Of a stretch of DNA of 64,000 nucleotides, positions 39,826 through 50,555 are shown piece by piece. The notes beneath the pieces are model-generated. The model ran no database searches. It was not told where the DNA came from and worked only from the letters and a program-made list of their open reading frames with translations. The position numbers and the translations under genes are program-made. The stretch is from a bacterium (GTDB lineage: Bacteria > Electryoneota > JAOADG01): contig OY820579.1 in NCBI GenBank assembly GCA_963681965.1, positions 928,001-992,000 on the forward strand. The letters are read 5' to 3'. Every line of letters starts with the position of its first letter. The stretch's first letter is position 1.

Positions 39826-42800
39826 TTACACGTTGAAATGACGACTGACACGCTCAATAAAATCGTTGATCATGAACGGTTTTTGCAGAAATCCGAGCTT
39901 CGGGTCGGAGAGCCGAACAACCATCTCCGATTCGTCGTAACCGGAGACAAACAGCACTGGAACATCGGTATTGAATTCGCGGAGCAGATGGTAGACATCG
40001 ATTCCGCTCATTTTCGGCATCACGATATCAAGCAACACGAGATCGTAGGACTGCTCGCGGAGTAATTCTAAGCCGATTTCGCCGTTTTCAGCTTCATTGA
40101 CCTCGCAACCGATAGTCTCCAGTACATCGCGGGTCAACCCTCTCACCATCGCCTCATCGTCGACGATGAGCACCCGCTTTGTTTCGGTAGGGGGTTCGAC
40201 GATTTCGATCGGTGCCTCATACCGTTTCGGAGGAGTCGGTGCGAATTCTTCCAGGAACTGCGATGTCTCTTCTTCCACTGCAGGGAACACGATCGTTACA
40301 CAAGCTCCCGCACCCGGTACGTTGCTGAGAGTGATCTTCCCGTTGTGCCGGGCGACGATTCCGAATACAGCAGCCAGACCGAGACCGCGACCGGTACCCT
40401 TGGTTGAATTGAAAGGTTCACCCGGGTGGTCGAGAATTTTGGCAGGGAAGCCGGAACCATCGTCATATACTTTGAGCCAAACCGGGATCGTATCGAATGC
40501 CAACGGATTCTGACCGAGCGTCTCGACACCGCTTCCGGTTTCGAAGGTTATTGTTCCTTTACTACTGAGCGCTTCACCAGCGTTAATACCCAAGTTCATG
40601 ATAATCTGCTGGAGCTGCGTTTCATCGATGGCTATGGATGGTAACTTCTCCGCCAGATTCAAGCGAATCGAAATATCCGGATGCATGGTAACACGCAACA
40701 GCTTCTGTACCTCGATCACGATCGTATTGATGTCGATCAGCAGCACTTGCATCGCACCGCCACGGGCGTATGCCAGTAGTTGTTTGACCAGTTCCGCAGC
40801 ACGTTTCGAAGAATCGAGGATTACTTTCAGCATATCGTGTTGCTGTTTGTCGCCGTCGATCCGTTTCGATAGCAGATCGGCGGTGCCCATAATTCCGACC
40901 AAAAGATTGTTGAAATCGTGCGCTACACCACCGGCAAACCGAACGATCAACTCGCGGCGTTGCGCTTCGAACATCTGCTCTTGGAGGAAACGACCTTCGG
41001 TAACGTCGCGAAGAATAATCAGACGGTCAGTCGAGGGAAGCGGAACGATCGTGATCGAGAAGGTGCGCTCACGATCATTGATCGTTTGCGTCTCTTCCAA
41101 CTCGGTGACGCTGTCCGGAAGATTGTTCAAGTAATAACCGAATTCGCCTAAAGCATCATCCAACCGACGACCAACATTATCGCGAACCTGCCCGCCGCAA
41201 ATGGCGTTTGCAGTTTTGTTCATCCTGCGAATCGTGCCGTTCGAGCCGACTACGAAAATTGGATCGGGCATTGCATCGAACGTGATTGCCCAATTCGAGC
41301 TGGCTTTCAGCAACGCTTTCAACAACCGAGTGTTATCGAGCGCCAGCGACAATTGTTCGGTGAATGAATTCAACAACAATTGCAACGACTGCGAGAACGC
41401 ATCGCGATTTGAATGAGCAACAAACAACAATCCGAGCATGGAGTGCCGGGCATTTAGCGGATAAATACCAAACGAGCCGATACCAACCGATTTAAGCAAT
41501 TCGATTGTCGAAGCGGGCATACCGCGACAATTGTCAATATTGAAACAGTGACTGATACTTGCATGTGTAACGACAAACTCATGGAAGGGTGAAGAAAGCT
41601 GCTCAATGAGCGATTGTTCCAAAGGCGGCTCGATTAATGACCGAACGGAAGCCACCCGGATATTATTCTGTTCCGGTTCGAACAAGAGAACTGCACCGTG
41701 TTCTGCAGCGACTGTTTCGAGGATGAGTTGCAATGCCTCCTCTTCCAGCGATTCAGTCGAGATTTGCGTTGCAAGCAGACTGGCAAATTGAACTTCGGAA
41801 GTGGCATTATCGGCGACCGTCTGACGATTTTGCATTTGCTCGTCCATGAGCTGCATCGCTTTTTGTTCGATATTGGCAGCCGATATCCGTGATGCTAGTA
41901 AGTTGGCAAACCGATTGTTGGCGGCTAATTCCTCGTAGGCTTGTCGCAACGCAATTTCATTCGATCTACGTTCGGAAATATCGGTTAGTAATCCCAATGA
42001 ACCGACGAATTCCTGACGTTCGTCAAGTAAGGGGGTTGCCGTCAACATCACGGTGCGCAATGTTCCATCGCTGCGGATAATCACGGTTTCGTAAGTAGAC
42101 GCAATTTTATTTCGCCGCGCTTCGTTTGCTTTGGCAATAATTGTGTGTTGAGTCTCGGGGAATAACGATAGCGCATTGCGACCTAGCAACTCTTCGGTGG
42201 AATATCCCAATAATAGAGTCGCAGCCGGATTGACGATCAGAATGGTATCTTCCGGATCGGTAACCAACACACCTTCGCCCAATTGATCGATCAACGAATG
42301 GTAACGCTGTTCGGCAGAAATCGTTTGTCGAACCAACCGTAAAAGATCGAGTTGACTACCAACGACTCGACTAAATAGTTCGAAAATGTGAGCTTGTTCA
42401 ACGGTGAGCGGCTCATTTTTCCGTAACGGTTGGCTGAGTACGATAGCACCGATATTCTGGTTGGCGCGATCCTTGATTGGTACGATCAGAAGTTCGTGAT
42501 ATTCCACTTCGACGTCGCTTTGGAAGCAACTCGGGAATTGACTTAACATCGACATGACCGGATAGTCTGGTGTGAGTGCATCCGGTGTGAAGAGGAAACA
42601 GTTACCGAACGTAAATCGCGGTTGCAATACCGATTCGAATTCCAGTTCAAACATATCCGTCAGCAGAGTTTCGTGAATTCGTTCTTTCAGTAACGAAACA
42701 TCCGATTTCGACGCAGCAGAATGAATAATGCTGACGGCACGATTTTGATAAGTCGCCGGGAACAAAAATCCGACCACGAACTGGAACATTCCGAGGCGCG

Positions 42801-44100
42801 AGAGTTCGTCAACAGCAGCATCGAATAATTTCTGCAGCTCATTAAGCGACGTTAGCTTTGAAACGGAATCAAGGAGTTGAGCTAATTGCTGATTGCGCCT
42901 TCGCCAATCGCGGAGTGAGCGATTCATGGTAGTAATATCGCGCGAAATCATGATTCCGCCGACAATTTTACCTTGAGCCGAATAGTGGGGGAGGAATGTA
43001 CTGTCGATCTCCAGTTCGTGAAGTGGGGTAAGAAAATGCCAATTAACGTTCTGGAACCACTCGCCCCCGAGGATCGCTCCAAGATCCGGGAGGAAATCGT
43101 TCGGATCGGCGTGATTGAACATTAACTCCTGCATCGTTTTAAATGGTTCCGCTCCCTCGTCCTCGAAGAATAGGTGCTTGGCTGCAGGATTGAGATCGTA
43201 TATCGCTCCGGTGTGATCCCAAAGCACAAAGGCAACGGGACTATTATGGAAAAACTGATGATACGTTGCTTCGGTCTCGCGAGCGTGTTGAAGAAGACTA
43301 TTGGTTTCGGATCGATCAATTAAGTGAATTAGGTAATAAAGCTTTGCATCCGCCCATAAACGTGTTAACTTCAGTTCCGCGAGAAAAGGTTCGCCGTTAC
43401 TACGAAAACAGGGAACATCCGGTAAAGAAAACTCGAAATCATTCACATTGATGCGATTTCTGAGTTCGGTTTGAAATTCTGACCAAGTGGACGGTTTTAC
43501 AAAAGTGGACGCAGGTAATCCGATTAGATCTTCGGGTACCACTCCGACAATGTCTGCAAGTGCAGTATTGGCATAGAGCAAAGTCCCCTCGCGGTCGGCG
43601 ATAGCCAAACCGATCGGGCTTAGTTCAAAGAAGCTGAGGAAGATGTCGTTAAAGCGAATTTGCTTTGAGACCGGTGAAGATTTAGCGGAAACCGATGAAA
43701 TTGTACTATCTTCCATGGGCATGTAAAGAATAAAGGCGTTTGTTCCGTCCTGCGGGTAAATCGAGATCAACCCGGCAGTGAGAATTCCGCCAATCGGCAT
43801 CATCCGAATTGGGTCTTGCGAGGCAATTACTTCGCTCACGGTCGTAAGCAATTGAAAATCTACACTGCTTAACCGGGTGAATATACCCAACGACGAGGCA
43901 CTCTCGAACGCAATGGCAGCATTGTTGCGATGCAACACTTCACCATTGGCGTCGACGATCCACGCTGGTTCTGGAAGTTGATTGAGTGCTTGACGGTCCA
44001 CGGATGTCCGAATTATTATGTTGATTTTTGTACTCGAAATGTAACGATTGTTGCGATCAACGGCAATTCGTTTCTGTGAGAAAAGAAATTTCCCATTCAT
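39826..44100 (-). CDS. Hybrid sensor histidine kinase/response regulator with multiple PAS and GAF domains
   Basis: Several PAS repeats, two GAF-like regions, H-box GGVAHDFNNLL, N/G boxes (NAGEA, DDGSG, GRGLGL), receiver LIVDDE...LLDIVMP...QKPF; no TM helices. True start may be GTG at 44001. Confidence 0.92.
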   Translation of the reverse strand: MNGKFLFSQKRIAVDRNNRYISSTKINIIIRTSVDRQALNQLPEPAWIVDANGEVLHRNNAAIAFESASSLGIFTRLSSVDFQLLTTVSEVIASQDPIRMMPIGGILTAGLISIYPQDGTNAFILYMPMEDSTISSVSAKSSPVSKQIRFNDIFLSFFELSPIGLAIADREGTLLYANTALADIVGVVPEDLIGLPASTFVKPSTWSEFQTELRNRINVNDFEFSLPDVPCFRSNGEPFLAELKLTRLWADAKLYYLIHLIDRSETNSLLQHARETEATYHQFFHNSPVAFVLWDHTGAIYDLNPAAKHLFFEDEGAEPFKTMQELMFNHADPNDFLPDLGAILGGEWFQNVNWHFLTPLHELEIDSTFLPHYSAQGKIVGGIMISRDITTMNRSLRDWRRRNQQLAQLLDSVSKLTSLNELQKLFDAAVDELSRLGMFQFVVGFLFPATYQNRAVSIIHSAASKSDVSLLKERIHETLLTDMFELEFESVLQPRFTFGNCFLFTPDALTPDYPVMSMLSQFPSCFQSDVEVEYHELLIVPIKDRANQNIGAIVLSQPLRKNEPLTVEQAHIFELFSRVVGSQLDLLRLVRQTISAEQRYHSLIDQLGEGVLVTDPEDTILIVNPAATLLLGYSTEELLGRNALSLFPETQHTIIAKANEARRNKIASTYETVIIRSDGTLRTVMLTATPLLDERQEFVGSLGLLTDISERRSNEIALRQAYEELAANNRFANLLASRISAANIEQKAMQLMDEQMQNRQTVADNATSEVQFASLLATQISTESLEEEALQLILETVAAEHGAVLLFEPEQNNIRVASVRSLIEPPLEQSLIEQLSSPFHEFVVTHASISHCFNIDNCRGMPASTIELLKSVGIGSFGIYPLNARHSMLGLLFVAHSNRDAFSQSLQLLLNSFTEQLSLALDNTRLLKALLKASSNWAITFDAMPDPIFVVGSNGTIRRMNKTANAICGGQVRDNVGRRLDDALGEFGYYLNNLPDSVTELEETQTINDRERTFSITIVPLPSTDRLIILRDVTEGRFLQEQMFEAQRRELIVRFAGGVAHDFNNLLVGIMGTADLLSKRIDGDKQQHDMLKVILDSSKRAAELVKQLLAYARGGAMQVLLIDINTIVIEVQKLLRVTMHPDISIRLNLAEKLPSIAIDETQLQQIIMNLGINAGEALSSKGTITFETGSGVETLGQNPLAFDTIPVWLKVYDDGSGFPAKILDHPGEPFNSTKGTGRGLGLAAVFGIVARHNGKITLSNVPGAGACVTIVFPAVEEETSQFLEEFAPTPPKRYEAPIEIVEPPTETKRVLIVDDEAMVRGLTRDVLETIGCEVNEAENGEIGLELLREQSYDLVLLDIVMPKMSGIDVYHLLREFNTDVPVLFVSGYDESEMVVRLSDPKLGFLQKPFMINDFIERVSRHFNV

Positions 44101-45733
44101 GCATCCTGTAACCTTATTGTTTGAATCGGCTGAGAAATATCCTGCTTCGTTAGCACTACGATCACTCGATGCAAGTGCTATAAGGTTTACCTATGCCGAA
44201 TTGGTTGATCGCGTTCGACGGATTGCCAATACCTTACGAGCGCAGGGCATTTCGACCGGTGATCGAATTGCATTATCGGCTGACAATTCCCCATTCTGGG
44301 GGGCTGCGTATTACGGGATTATGGCTGCCGGCGCGACCGTTGTTCCATTCGATGTCAATCTTCCCATCGGCGAAATAGATTTTATTCTCAAAGATTCTGG
44401 CACAGTCGCTTGGATTGGAAACGACATAGCATTCAGCCGAATTGCAGTAGCACCGTCAAATGAATCGATTAAACGTATCCCAATCCGCGGTGATTTTTCG
44501 GGTGCTCTCCCCATTCCGCAACCGATCTTAGCTCCAACTGCAGCAATTGTCTACACTTCGGGAACTACGGGCGTTGCCAAAGGGGTAATGCTCTCCGGAG
44601 AAGCATTGGCAATCAATGCATTAGGAGCGATAGAGCGCATCAAATTGATTGCTCAAGAACGATTCTTTTCTGTCCTTCCGATGTATCACACGTACGAATG
44701 TACTGCCGGATTGATTTTGCCACTCGCGTTTGGTGGCTCGGTTTCCTATGCACGCTCGCTTAAACCGAATGAAATGATTGCCGATGCTGAGATGATTCGT
44801 CCCACCGTCATGTTGGTCGTTCCGCTCTTATTGGAAAAAATCCGGAATGGAATTTTCCGAAAGGCGCGCGAAGCATCCTGGTTCCGCCGACAACTTTTCC
44901 ATCTTTTTTTGAAATTGGGCTATGCAACGGCTCATTCACCGGGAAAGGGACTTGGCGTTCCGTTGTTCCGATCGGTTCGCAGACGGATGGGATTCGACCA
45001 AATGAAGTATCTTGTGAGTGGCGGTGCAGCTTTACCTCACAGTGTGGAACGCGATTTGATGGCGTTAGGTTTTCCCCTCATCCAGGGATATGGTCTCACG
45101 GAATGCGCACCGCTCGTCTCGGTGAATTCTCCGGATATTTATTCTCCGGGTTCCGTCGGTCGTCCGATGTATTATGCCGAAGCGCGGATCGAAGATCCCG
45201 ATTCCGAAGGGGTGGGGATGCTTTATACCCGCGGTAAAATGGTGATGCAAGGGTATTGGAACAATCCGCAAGCGACTGCCGAAGCGTTGACGCTCGACGG
45301 GTGGTTGCGAACCGGAGATTTGGCGCGGATCGATGAAAAAGGGTGTCTTCATATCGTCGGTCGGCGGAAAGATGTCATCGTCACGGCTGGTGGAAAGAAC
45401 GTTTATCCCGAAACATTGGAACAAGTGATACTGGAGGATGAGCGGGTATTGGAAACCGTGGTGATCGGTCGTCAACGCAAGCAGGGGCACGGCGAAGAAA
45501 TTGGGGCAATTCTGGTATTCAATCCCGATTGGATTGCGACTGAAGCCGAAAATGGGAAGACGTACGACGATGACGCGCTCCAACGCTTAGCGGTAGATAT
45601 CTGTGCTGGCGTGAATGACGGACAACCCGATTATCGGAAAATTACCCGCATCGAATTCTCACGCGAAGAATTGGAAAAAACTACAACCCGAAAAATCCGT
45701 CGATTCAAATACCGCAATTGCGCCTCGACCTGA
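44099..45733 (+). CDS. Long-chain fatty acid--CoA ligase / AMP-binding enzyme
   Basis: YTSGTTGVAKG, LPMYH, QGYGLTE, WLRTGDL, GRRKDVIVT.GGKNVYP, KTTTRKIRR. Confidence 0.9.
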   Translation: MHPVTLLFESAEKYPASLALRSLDASAIRFTYAELVDRVRRIANTLRAQGISTGDRIALSADNSPFWGAAYYGIMAAGATVVPFDVNLPIGEIDFILKDSGTVAWIGNDIAFSRIAVAPSNESIKRIPIRGDFSGALPIPQPILAPTAAIVYTSGTTGVAKGVMLSGEALAINALGAIERIKLIAQERFFSVLPMYHTYECTAGLILPLAFGGSVSYARSLKPNEMIADAEMIRPTVMLVVPLLLEKIRNGIFRKAREASWFRRQLFHLFLKLGYATAHSPGKGLGVPLFRSVRRRMGFDQMKYLVSGGAALPHSVERDLMALGFPLIQGYGLTECAPLVSVNSPDIYSPGSVGRPMYYAEARIEDPDSEGVGMLYTRGKMVMQGYWNNPQATAEALTLDGWLRTGDLARIDEKGCLHIVGRRKDVIVTAGGKNVYPETLEQVILEDERVLETVVIGRQRKQGHGEEIGAILVFNPDWIATEAENGKTYDDDALQRLAVDICAGVNDGQPDYRKITRIEFSREELEKTTTRKIRRFKYRNCAST

Positions 45734-45757
45734 CCGGGTGATAGTAATGGTAAACGA

Positions 45758-45782
45758 AAACGGCGGACACTGTCCGCCGTTT
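45758..45782. terminator. Bidirectional terminator between convergent genes
   Basis: AAACGGCGGACA-c-TGTCCGCCGTTT inverted repeat. Confidence 0.7.
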
Positions 45783-45802
45783 CTTGTATTTCAGGTTGAT
45801 CA

Positions 45803-47080
45803 TCACTGTTGGCGTTTGACAAATGCGCGTGCAATCTCACGAAATTCGCGCAGTAACGCTTCTTCACCATCAACCCGACCGTGTTTCATCAAAATCCGAC
45901 CGCTGCTGATAGTGGTGTCGACAATACTACCGTTTGCACTATAAACAAGATTGCTGATATAGTCGTGATCGGGAACCATCGAAAAATGGTGTTCGCGAAC
46001 AAGAATAATCTCGGCGAGTTTCCCTTCGGCAATTTCCCCGGCATCGTATCCGAATTGTCGCCAGGAGTCGCAAGTTGCCATTCGCCAAATATCGTGCGCG
46101 GCTCCCTGTTCGGGATCGCCCGAAGCGTGTTTTTGCAATAATGCCGCAATTTTCATTTCGGTAAAGAGATCAAGCGAATTGTTCGAACCGGCACCATCGG
46201 TACCGAGTACTGGCACGATCCCGGTTTCATGATACAGTTTTAGATTGAGTGGACCACCGACACAGAGCTTCATATTGGAGGCTGGATTGTGGATCACAGT
46301 CACCTGATGTTCTGCCACCAGTTCGCGATCCCGCTTGTCAAGATGAACCATGTGTGCCGCTTTCAAACGCGAGTTCAGCGCTCCCAGCGACAACAGGTAT
46401 TCAACCTGACTCATGCCGGTTTTCTCGCGGCATTGCTCGATCTCCTGTCGAGTCTCGGAGAGGTGGATATGGAATGGAAGATTGTGTTCAGTTGTAAATT
46501 CCGCTGCCCAGCGCAGAGACGATTCACTCACCGTGTAGGTGGCATGTGGTCCGATCGCGAATTTCACATAGGTGGGGTATAGCGATTTCGATCGCTCGAA
46601 CGATTCGCGATTGTGCTGCTGTTGTTGACGAGCTCGCTTTTCATCGAACATATCGATGAAGACACCGGACAGAACTCCGTGTAATCCGACTTGTTCGACA
46701 ATGCGGGCGCATGCGTCGAAATGCCAATACATATCGCAAAATCCGGTGGTTCCGGTTTTGATCATTTCGAGACATGCGAGTCGCATTCCCCACTCGACAA
46801 AGTCTTCGGTGATGCCATTTTCAAGCGGCCAGATTTTTTCCTGTAACCATCGCATCAACGGTAGATCGTCACCATAGCTTCGGAACAGCGTCATTGCCGC
46901 ATGGGTGTGACCGTTAAAAAGAGCGGGTAACGCACGCAGTGACTTGCCACCATCGATCACTTCATCGGTTTCCAGCGGCTCTGCGATGTCGACGATTGCG
47001 TCGATCCGGTCGCCGGACAACTTTATCGATACGATTTTGTCGTGAAGAATAACGTCTTTCAGCCAGATACTCACATTCAC
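45803..47080 (-). CDS. Metal-dependent amidohydrolase, MtaD-like (methylthioadenosine/S-adenosylhomocysteine deaminase)
   Basis: NGHTHAAMTLFR...DDLPL..WL, GPHATYT, HIHLSET, AHMVHL, HNPASNMKL, LGTDGAGSNN. Confidence 0.85.
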   Translation of the reverse strand: MNVSIWLKDVILHDKIVSIKLSGDRIDAIVDIAEPLETDEVIDGGKSLRALPALFNGHTHAAMTLFRSYGDDLPLMRWLQEKIWPLENGITEDFVEWGMRLACLEMIKTGTTGFCDMYWHFDACARIVEQVGLHGVLSGVFIDMFDEKRARQQQQHNRESFERSKSLYPTYVKFAIGPHATYTVSESSLRWAAEFTTEHNLPFHIHLSETRQEIEQCREKTGMSQVEYLLSLGALNSRLKAAHMVHLDKRDRELVAEHQVTVIHNPASNMKLCVGGPLNLKLYHETGIVPVLGTDGAGSNNSLDLFTEMKIAALLQKHASGDPEQGAAHDIWRMATCDSWRQFGYDAGEIAEGKLAEIILVREHHFSMVPDHDYISNLVYSANGSIVDTTISSGRILMKHGRVDGEEALLREFREIARAFVKRQQ

Positions 47081-47219
47081 TCCAGTTGGATCTCAGTATG
47101 AAATATATAGTAATGTTCGGTTGACAGGAAGACAACGACCCGATTCGGTGCTCGAGGGTGTTTCCTCGCCGGGGATTTTTCCGTACCATAGTACGACATT
47201 GAGAATTACTGGAATCGGG

Positions 47220-47951
47220 ATGATTAAAGCCATACTGTTCGATTTAGATAATACTTTAGTCGATTTTACCCGGATGAAACGTGCGGGAGTCGAGGCGGCA
47301 GTCATGGCGATGCTCGATGCCGGACTGAACATGACTCGTCAGGCGGCGGAAGCGAGTATCTACGAAATCTATCGCGAGCGCGGTATCGAATATCAGGAAG
47401 TTTTCGATCGATTTCTGGAACGCATCCCGTCGGCTAGCCCCCGGATCTTGGCTGCCGCAGTTAGTGCTTACCGCAAAGCCCGGAGCCATCACCTCCAACC
47501 CTATCCGGGAATCCGCGAACTGTTGCTCGGTTCGGTTCATCGCGGAATCCGTCTCGGTGTAGTCTCCGATGCACCACAAAAACAAGCTTGGCTGCGACTG
47601 ATCGATACCGGCATCGAAATTTACTTCGACACTGTTGTTGCGTTCGAAGATACCGGAAAACACAAACCCGATCCGGCACCGTTCTTATTGGCGATGGATC
47701 GGCTGGGTGTTACTCCCGAACAGGCAATCATGGTTGGCGACTGGCCCGAACGCGATATGCGGGGTGCCGAAGCAGTCGGGGTGATCACAGTTTTTGCCAA
47801 ATATGGCGATACTTTCGGTACTAAAAATGCCGGTGCCGATCATATTATCGAATCACCGTTGGAGCTTCTGAAATTAGTCGATCGAATTGGAGTTCCGAAT
47901 CCGCACACCGATATCAATAGTCAATTAAATCTACCTTTGGCGGGCGAATAA
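47220..47951 (+). CDS. HAD-superfamily hydrolase, subfamily IA
   Basis: MIKAILFDLDNTL, VVSD, HKPDP, MVGDWPERD. Confidence 0.9.
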   Translation: MIKAILFDLDNTLVDFTRMKRAGVEAAVMAMLDAGLNMTRQAAEASIYEIYRERGIEYQEVFDRFLERIPSASPRILAAAVSAYRKARSHHLQPYPGIRELLLGSVHRGIRLGVVSDAPQKQAWLRLIDTGIEIYFDTVVAFEDTGKHKPDPAPFLLAMDRLGVTPEQAIMVGDWPERDMRGAEAVGVITVFAKYGDTFGTKNAGADHIIESPLELLKLVDRIGVPNPHTDINSQLNLPLAGE

Positions 47952-48350
47952 ATGACTTTTGTCGGTGTCGGAATCGATCTCTGCGAGATCGCTCGAGTCG
48001 TCAAATTATTGGAATCCGAACACGGACAACAGTGGATCGAACGGATCTTTACCCCAGCGGAACGCGAGCGGATTTCGGTTCGATTCGGTAGCGATACGAA
48101 TCAAAAAAAACTTCGCTTGGCGACTCATCTTGCCGGTCTATATGCCGCGAAAGAAGCAATTGGAAAAGCGACCGGAACAGGCTTAATGGGTCCGGGACGA
48201 CTCAGTTGGCAGGAAATTGAAATCGATCATATTGACACTGGTGCACCGATTGCGAAAATTGTAGCGGAACCTTGGTTGGGTGGCAAAGTCGATCTTAGCA
48301 TCAGCCACGATGGCGGTCTCGCAACTGCTATCGCGATGTTATGGAAATAG
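47952..48350 (+). CDS. acpS: Holo-[acyl-carrier-protein] synthase
   Basis: GVGIDLCEIAR, IFTPAE, AAKEA..KA.GTG, LSISHD. Confidence 0.92.
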   Translation: MTFVGVGIDLCEIARVVKLLESEHGQQWIERIFTPAERERISVRFGSDTNQKKLRLATHLAGLYAAKEAIGKATGTGLMGPGRLSWQEIEIDHIDTGAPIAKIVAEPWLGGKVDLSISHDGGLATAIAMLWK

Positions 48351-48395
48351 TCTCGCAAGTAGTTCAAACAACCTCCGAATGAATGCAGGATTTTT

Positions 48396-50009
48396 ATGAT
48401 TCCGATCTTATCAAACGAATCGATGCAAAATGCCGATAAACGCGGTATCGAAGAATTCGGGATACCATCCTTGGCATTGATGGAATCGGCAGGTCGAGCC
48501 GTTGCCGACGAAGCCGGGCGGATGCTGGCGGGAGACAATCCCGGCGGGTTATCGGGAAAGCGCGTTTTCGTACTTTGTGGCACCGGAAATAACGGAGGCG
48601 ATGGGTTTGTCGCAGCGCGACATCTCATGAATCACGGTGCGGAAGTCTGGTTGCGACTGGTTGGCGAACGCGAACGAATTCGCGGCGATGCGCTCGCTAT
48701 GCTGAAACCTTTGGAGCAACTCCGGATTGCAAAGGGACTGCGCGACAGTGGGCGAATTGAACCGTTGCAAGATCTCGAAATCGATACCCTTTCTTATATT
48801 CGCTTTGATCTAGTAATCGACGCCTTATTTGGTACCGGTCTGACCGGTCCGTTGCGGGGTGATGCGCTCCGTGCAGTGGATTTAATAAAACGCTTACGAC
48901 GCGAAAAAATTCCGGTACTGGCTGTCGATATCCCCAGCGGTTTGTCCGGAAATAATGGCGAAATCGCCGGCGACTGTGCCGGTGCTGATACCACAGTGAC
49001 GTTTGCCGCTCCGAAGTTAGGACATATGTTCGAACCCGGACGGATGCTATCCGGAAAATTGAATATCGTCGATATTGGATTGCCACAAGAGATCCTCGAA
49101 TCTGAAGCGACAACTTTTGCCGCATCGGCGAGCGATATTCGGAAGATCTTCCCGGCAATTGCTCCGGATGCTCACAAGGGAAATCGGGGCAAATTGTTCA
49201 TTTTGGCGGGATCGATCGGTTTGACAGGAGCTGCCGCATTATGCGCAAATGGCGCGGTTCGCAGCGGAGCCGGCTTGGTCGTGGTGGGAACACCCGAAAC
49301 CGCAGAAGCGACGGTTGCAGCGAAGTTATTAGAAGCAATGACGGTTGCACTTCCCGATCGCGACGGAAAACTCGTCGAACAAGCCGCTCGAGCACTCCCC
49401 GAGTGGAGCGAATGGGCGGATGCTTGGGCGATTGGACCGGGATTGGGACGATCGGAAGCCGTGACGGCATTGGTTCGGCTGATCTGGGAAAACGTCGAAT
49501 TACCGATGGTCGTGGATGCCGATGCTTTGAATGCTCTCGCAGATGTGCGCAAGGTCACAGGTACGCTACCGGTTTGTCGCGGGAAGCGTGTATTGACGCC
49601 ACATATCGGTGAATTTGCCCGATTGGCAGGCGTCGAAGTCGAAAAAGTAAAATCGGATCGAATTCGTATTGCTCGGGAATTTGCCCGACAAGCCGGAGTT
49701 GTGCTGGTTTTGAAGGGTGCACCGACGATTATCGCGGCACCGGATGGGAAAGTGTGCCTAAATTCGACAGGAAATGCCGCTTTGGCTTCGGGGGGTAGTG
49801 GTGACGTTCTCACCGGGATTATCGGGGCACTTCTGGCACGAATTCACGCCAGTGGCGCCGTTGTCGACGTTTTTTCCGCTGCCGTGGCTGCGACATGGAT
49901 TCACGGTCGAATTGCCGACCGCTGGATTGAAGCCGGTAATGTCCCGGAAGCTTTTTATTCAGAGTGTCTTTTATTGGGATTAACTGATGTTATCAATGAA
50001 ATCTGCTAG
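48396..50009 (+). CDS. nnr: Bifunctional NAD(P)HX epimerase/dehydratase
   Basis: LMESAG, GNNGGDG, DALFGTG, DIPSG, HKGNRG, GPGLG, DADALN, LTPH.GE, GGSGDVLTG. Confidence 0.93.
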   Translation: MIPILSNESMQNADKRGIEEFGIPSLALMESAGRAVADEAGRMLAGDNPGGLSGKRVFVLCGTGNNGGDGFVAARHLMNHGAEVWLRLVGERERIRGDALAMLKPLEQLRIAKGLRDSGRIEPLQDLEIDTLSYIRFDLVIDALFGTGLTGPLRGDALRAVDLIKRLRREKIPVLAVDIPSGLSGNNGEIAGDCAGADTTVTFAAPKLGHMFEPGRMLSGKLNIVDIGLPQEILESEATTFAASASDIRKIFPAIAPDAHKGNRGKLFILAGSIGLTGAAALCANGAVRSGAGLVVVGTPETAEATVAAKLLEAMTVALPDRDGKLVEQAARALPEWSEWADAWAIGPGLGRSEAVTALVRLIWENVELPMVVDADALNALADVRKVTGTLPVCRGKRVLTPHIGEFARLAGVEVEKVKSDRIRIAREFARQAGVVLVLKGAPTIIAAPDGKVCLNSTGNAALASGGSGDVLTGIIGALLARIHASGAVVDVFSAAVAATWIHGRIADRWIEAGNVPEAFYSECLLLGLTDVINEIC

Positions 50010-50098
50010 CGATTTATCGTAGCATATTGAAAATGGTACATGAATTGATCGTTAGATCGTGTAAATCGAATAGTTATAACGACTGAAAAGATCGCATA

Positions 50099-50491
50099 AT
50101 GGATGATAATAACATCGTGAAACATTCCATTCAGTGGCGGTGGAGTTGGATTTGGATCTCACTTGCTTGGGCATTGATTTTAACGATCTTGTCGTCAATT
50201 CCGGGAAAGTCGATGCCGCATTGGCATGTACTTAGCGAAGACAAGTTAATTCATTGCCTATTTTACATGCCTTTTGGTTGGACGATCCTCTCCGCTTTTG
50301 GACGTAAGTATTGGTTTCGATTTGGATTTATGATGATGATTGTGATGTTATATGGCGGTTGTGATGAAGTACACCAACATTTCGTGCCGGGACGCACAAT
50401 GGATGTTTGGGATTGGAGTTTCGATGCACTTGGCGGGGCAATCGGCGGTAGTATTTTTCTTATGTGGGAAAAGCGTTTTCCGCGTGGATGA
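50099..50491 (+). CDS. VanZ-family membrane protein
   Basis: DKLIH, DEVHQHFVPGR...DW..D..G. Confidence 0.85.
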   Translation: MDDNNIVKHSIQWRWSWIWISLAWALILTILSSIPGKSMPHWHVLSEDKLIHCLFYMPFGWTILSAFGRKYWFRFGFMMMIVMLYGGCDEVHQHFVPGRTMDVWDWSFDALGGAIGGSIFLMWEKRFPRG

Positions 50492-50555
50492 CCAACTAAT
50501 TATTATCGAACAACCGATCGCCCGAAATAAACTATTAACTTCAACAAGGTGAATC

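Noticed and set aside
44098-44101. Overlapping divergent start codons (CATG) of the histidine kinase and the acyl-CoA ligase
   Set aside because: The kinase more plausibly starts at GTG 44001, where the first PAS-like sequence begins, leaving a normal intergenic gap.
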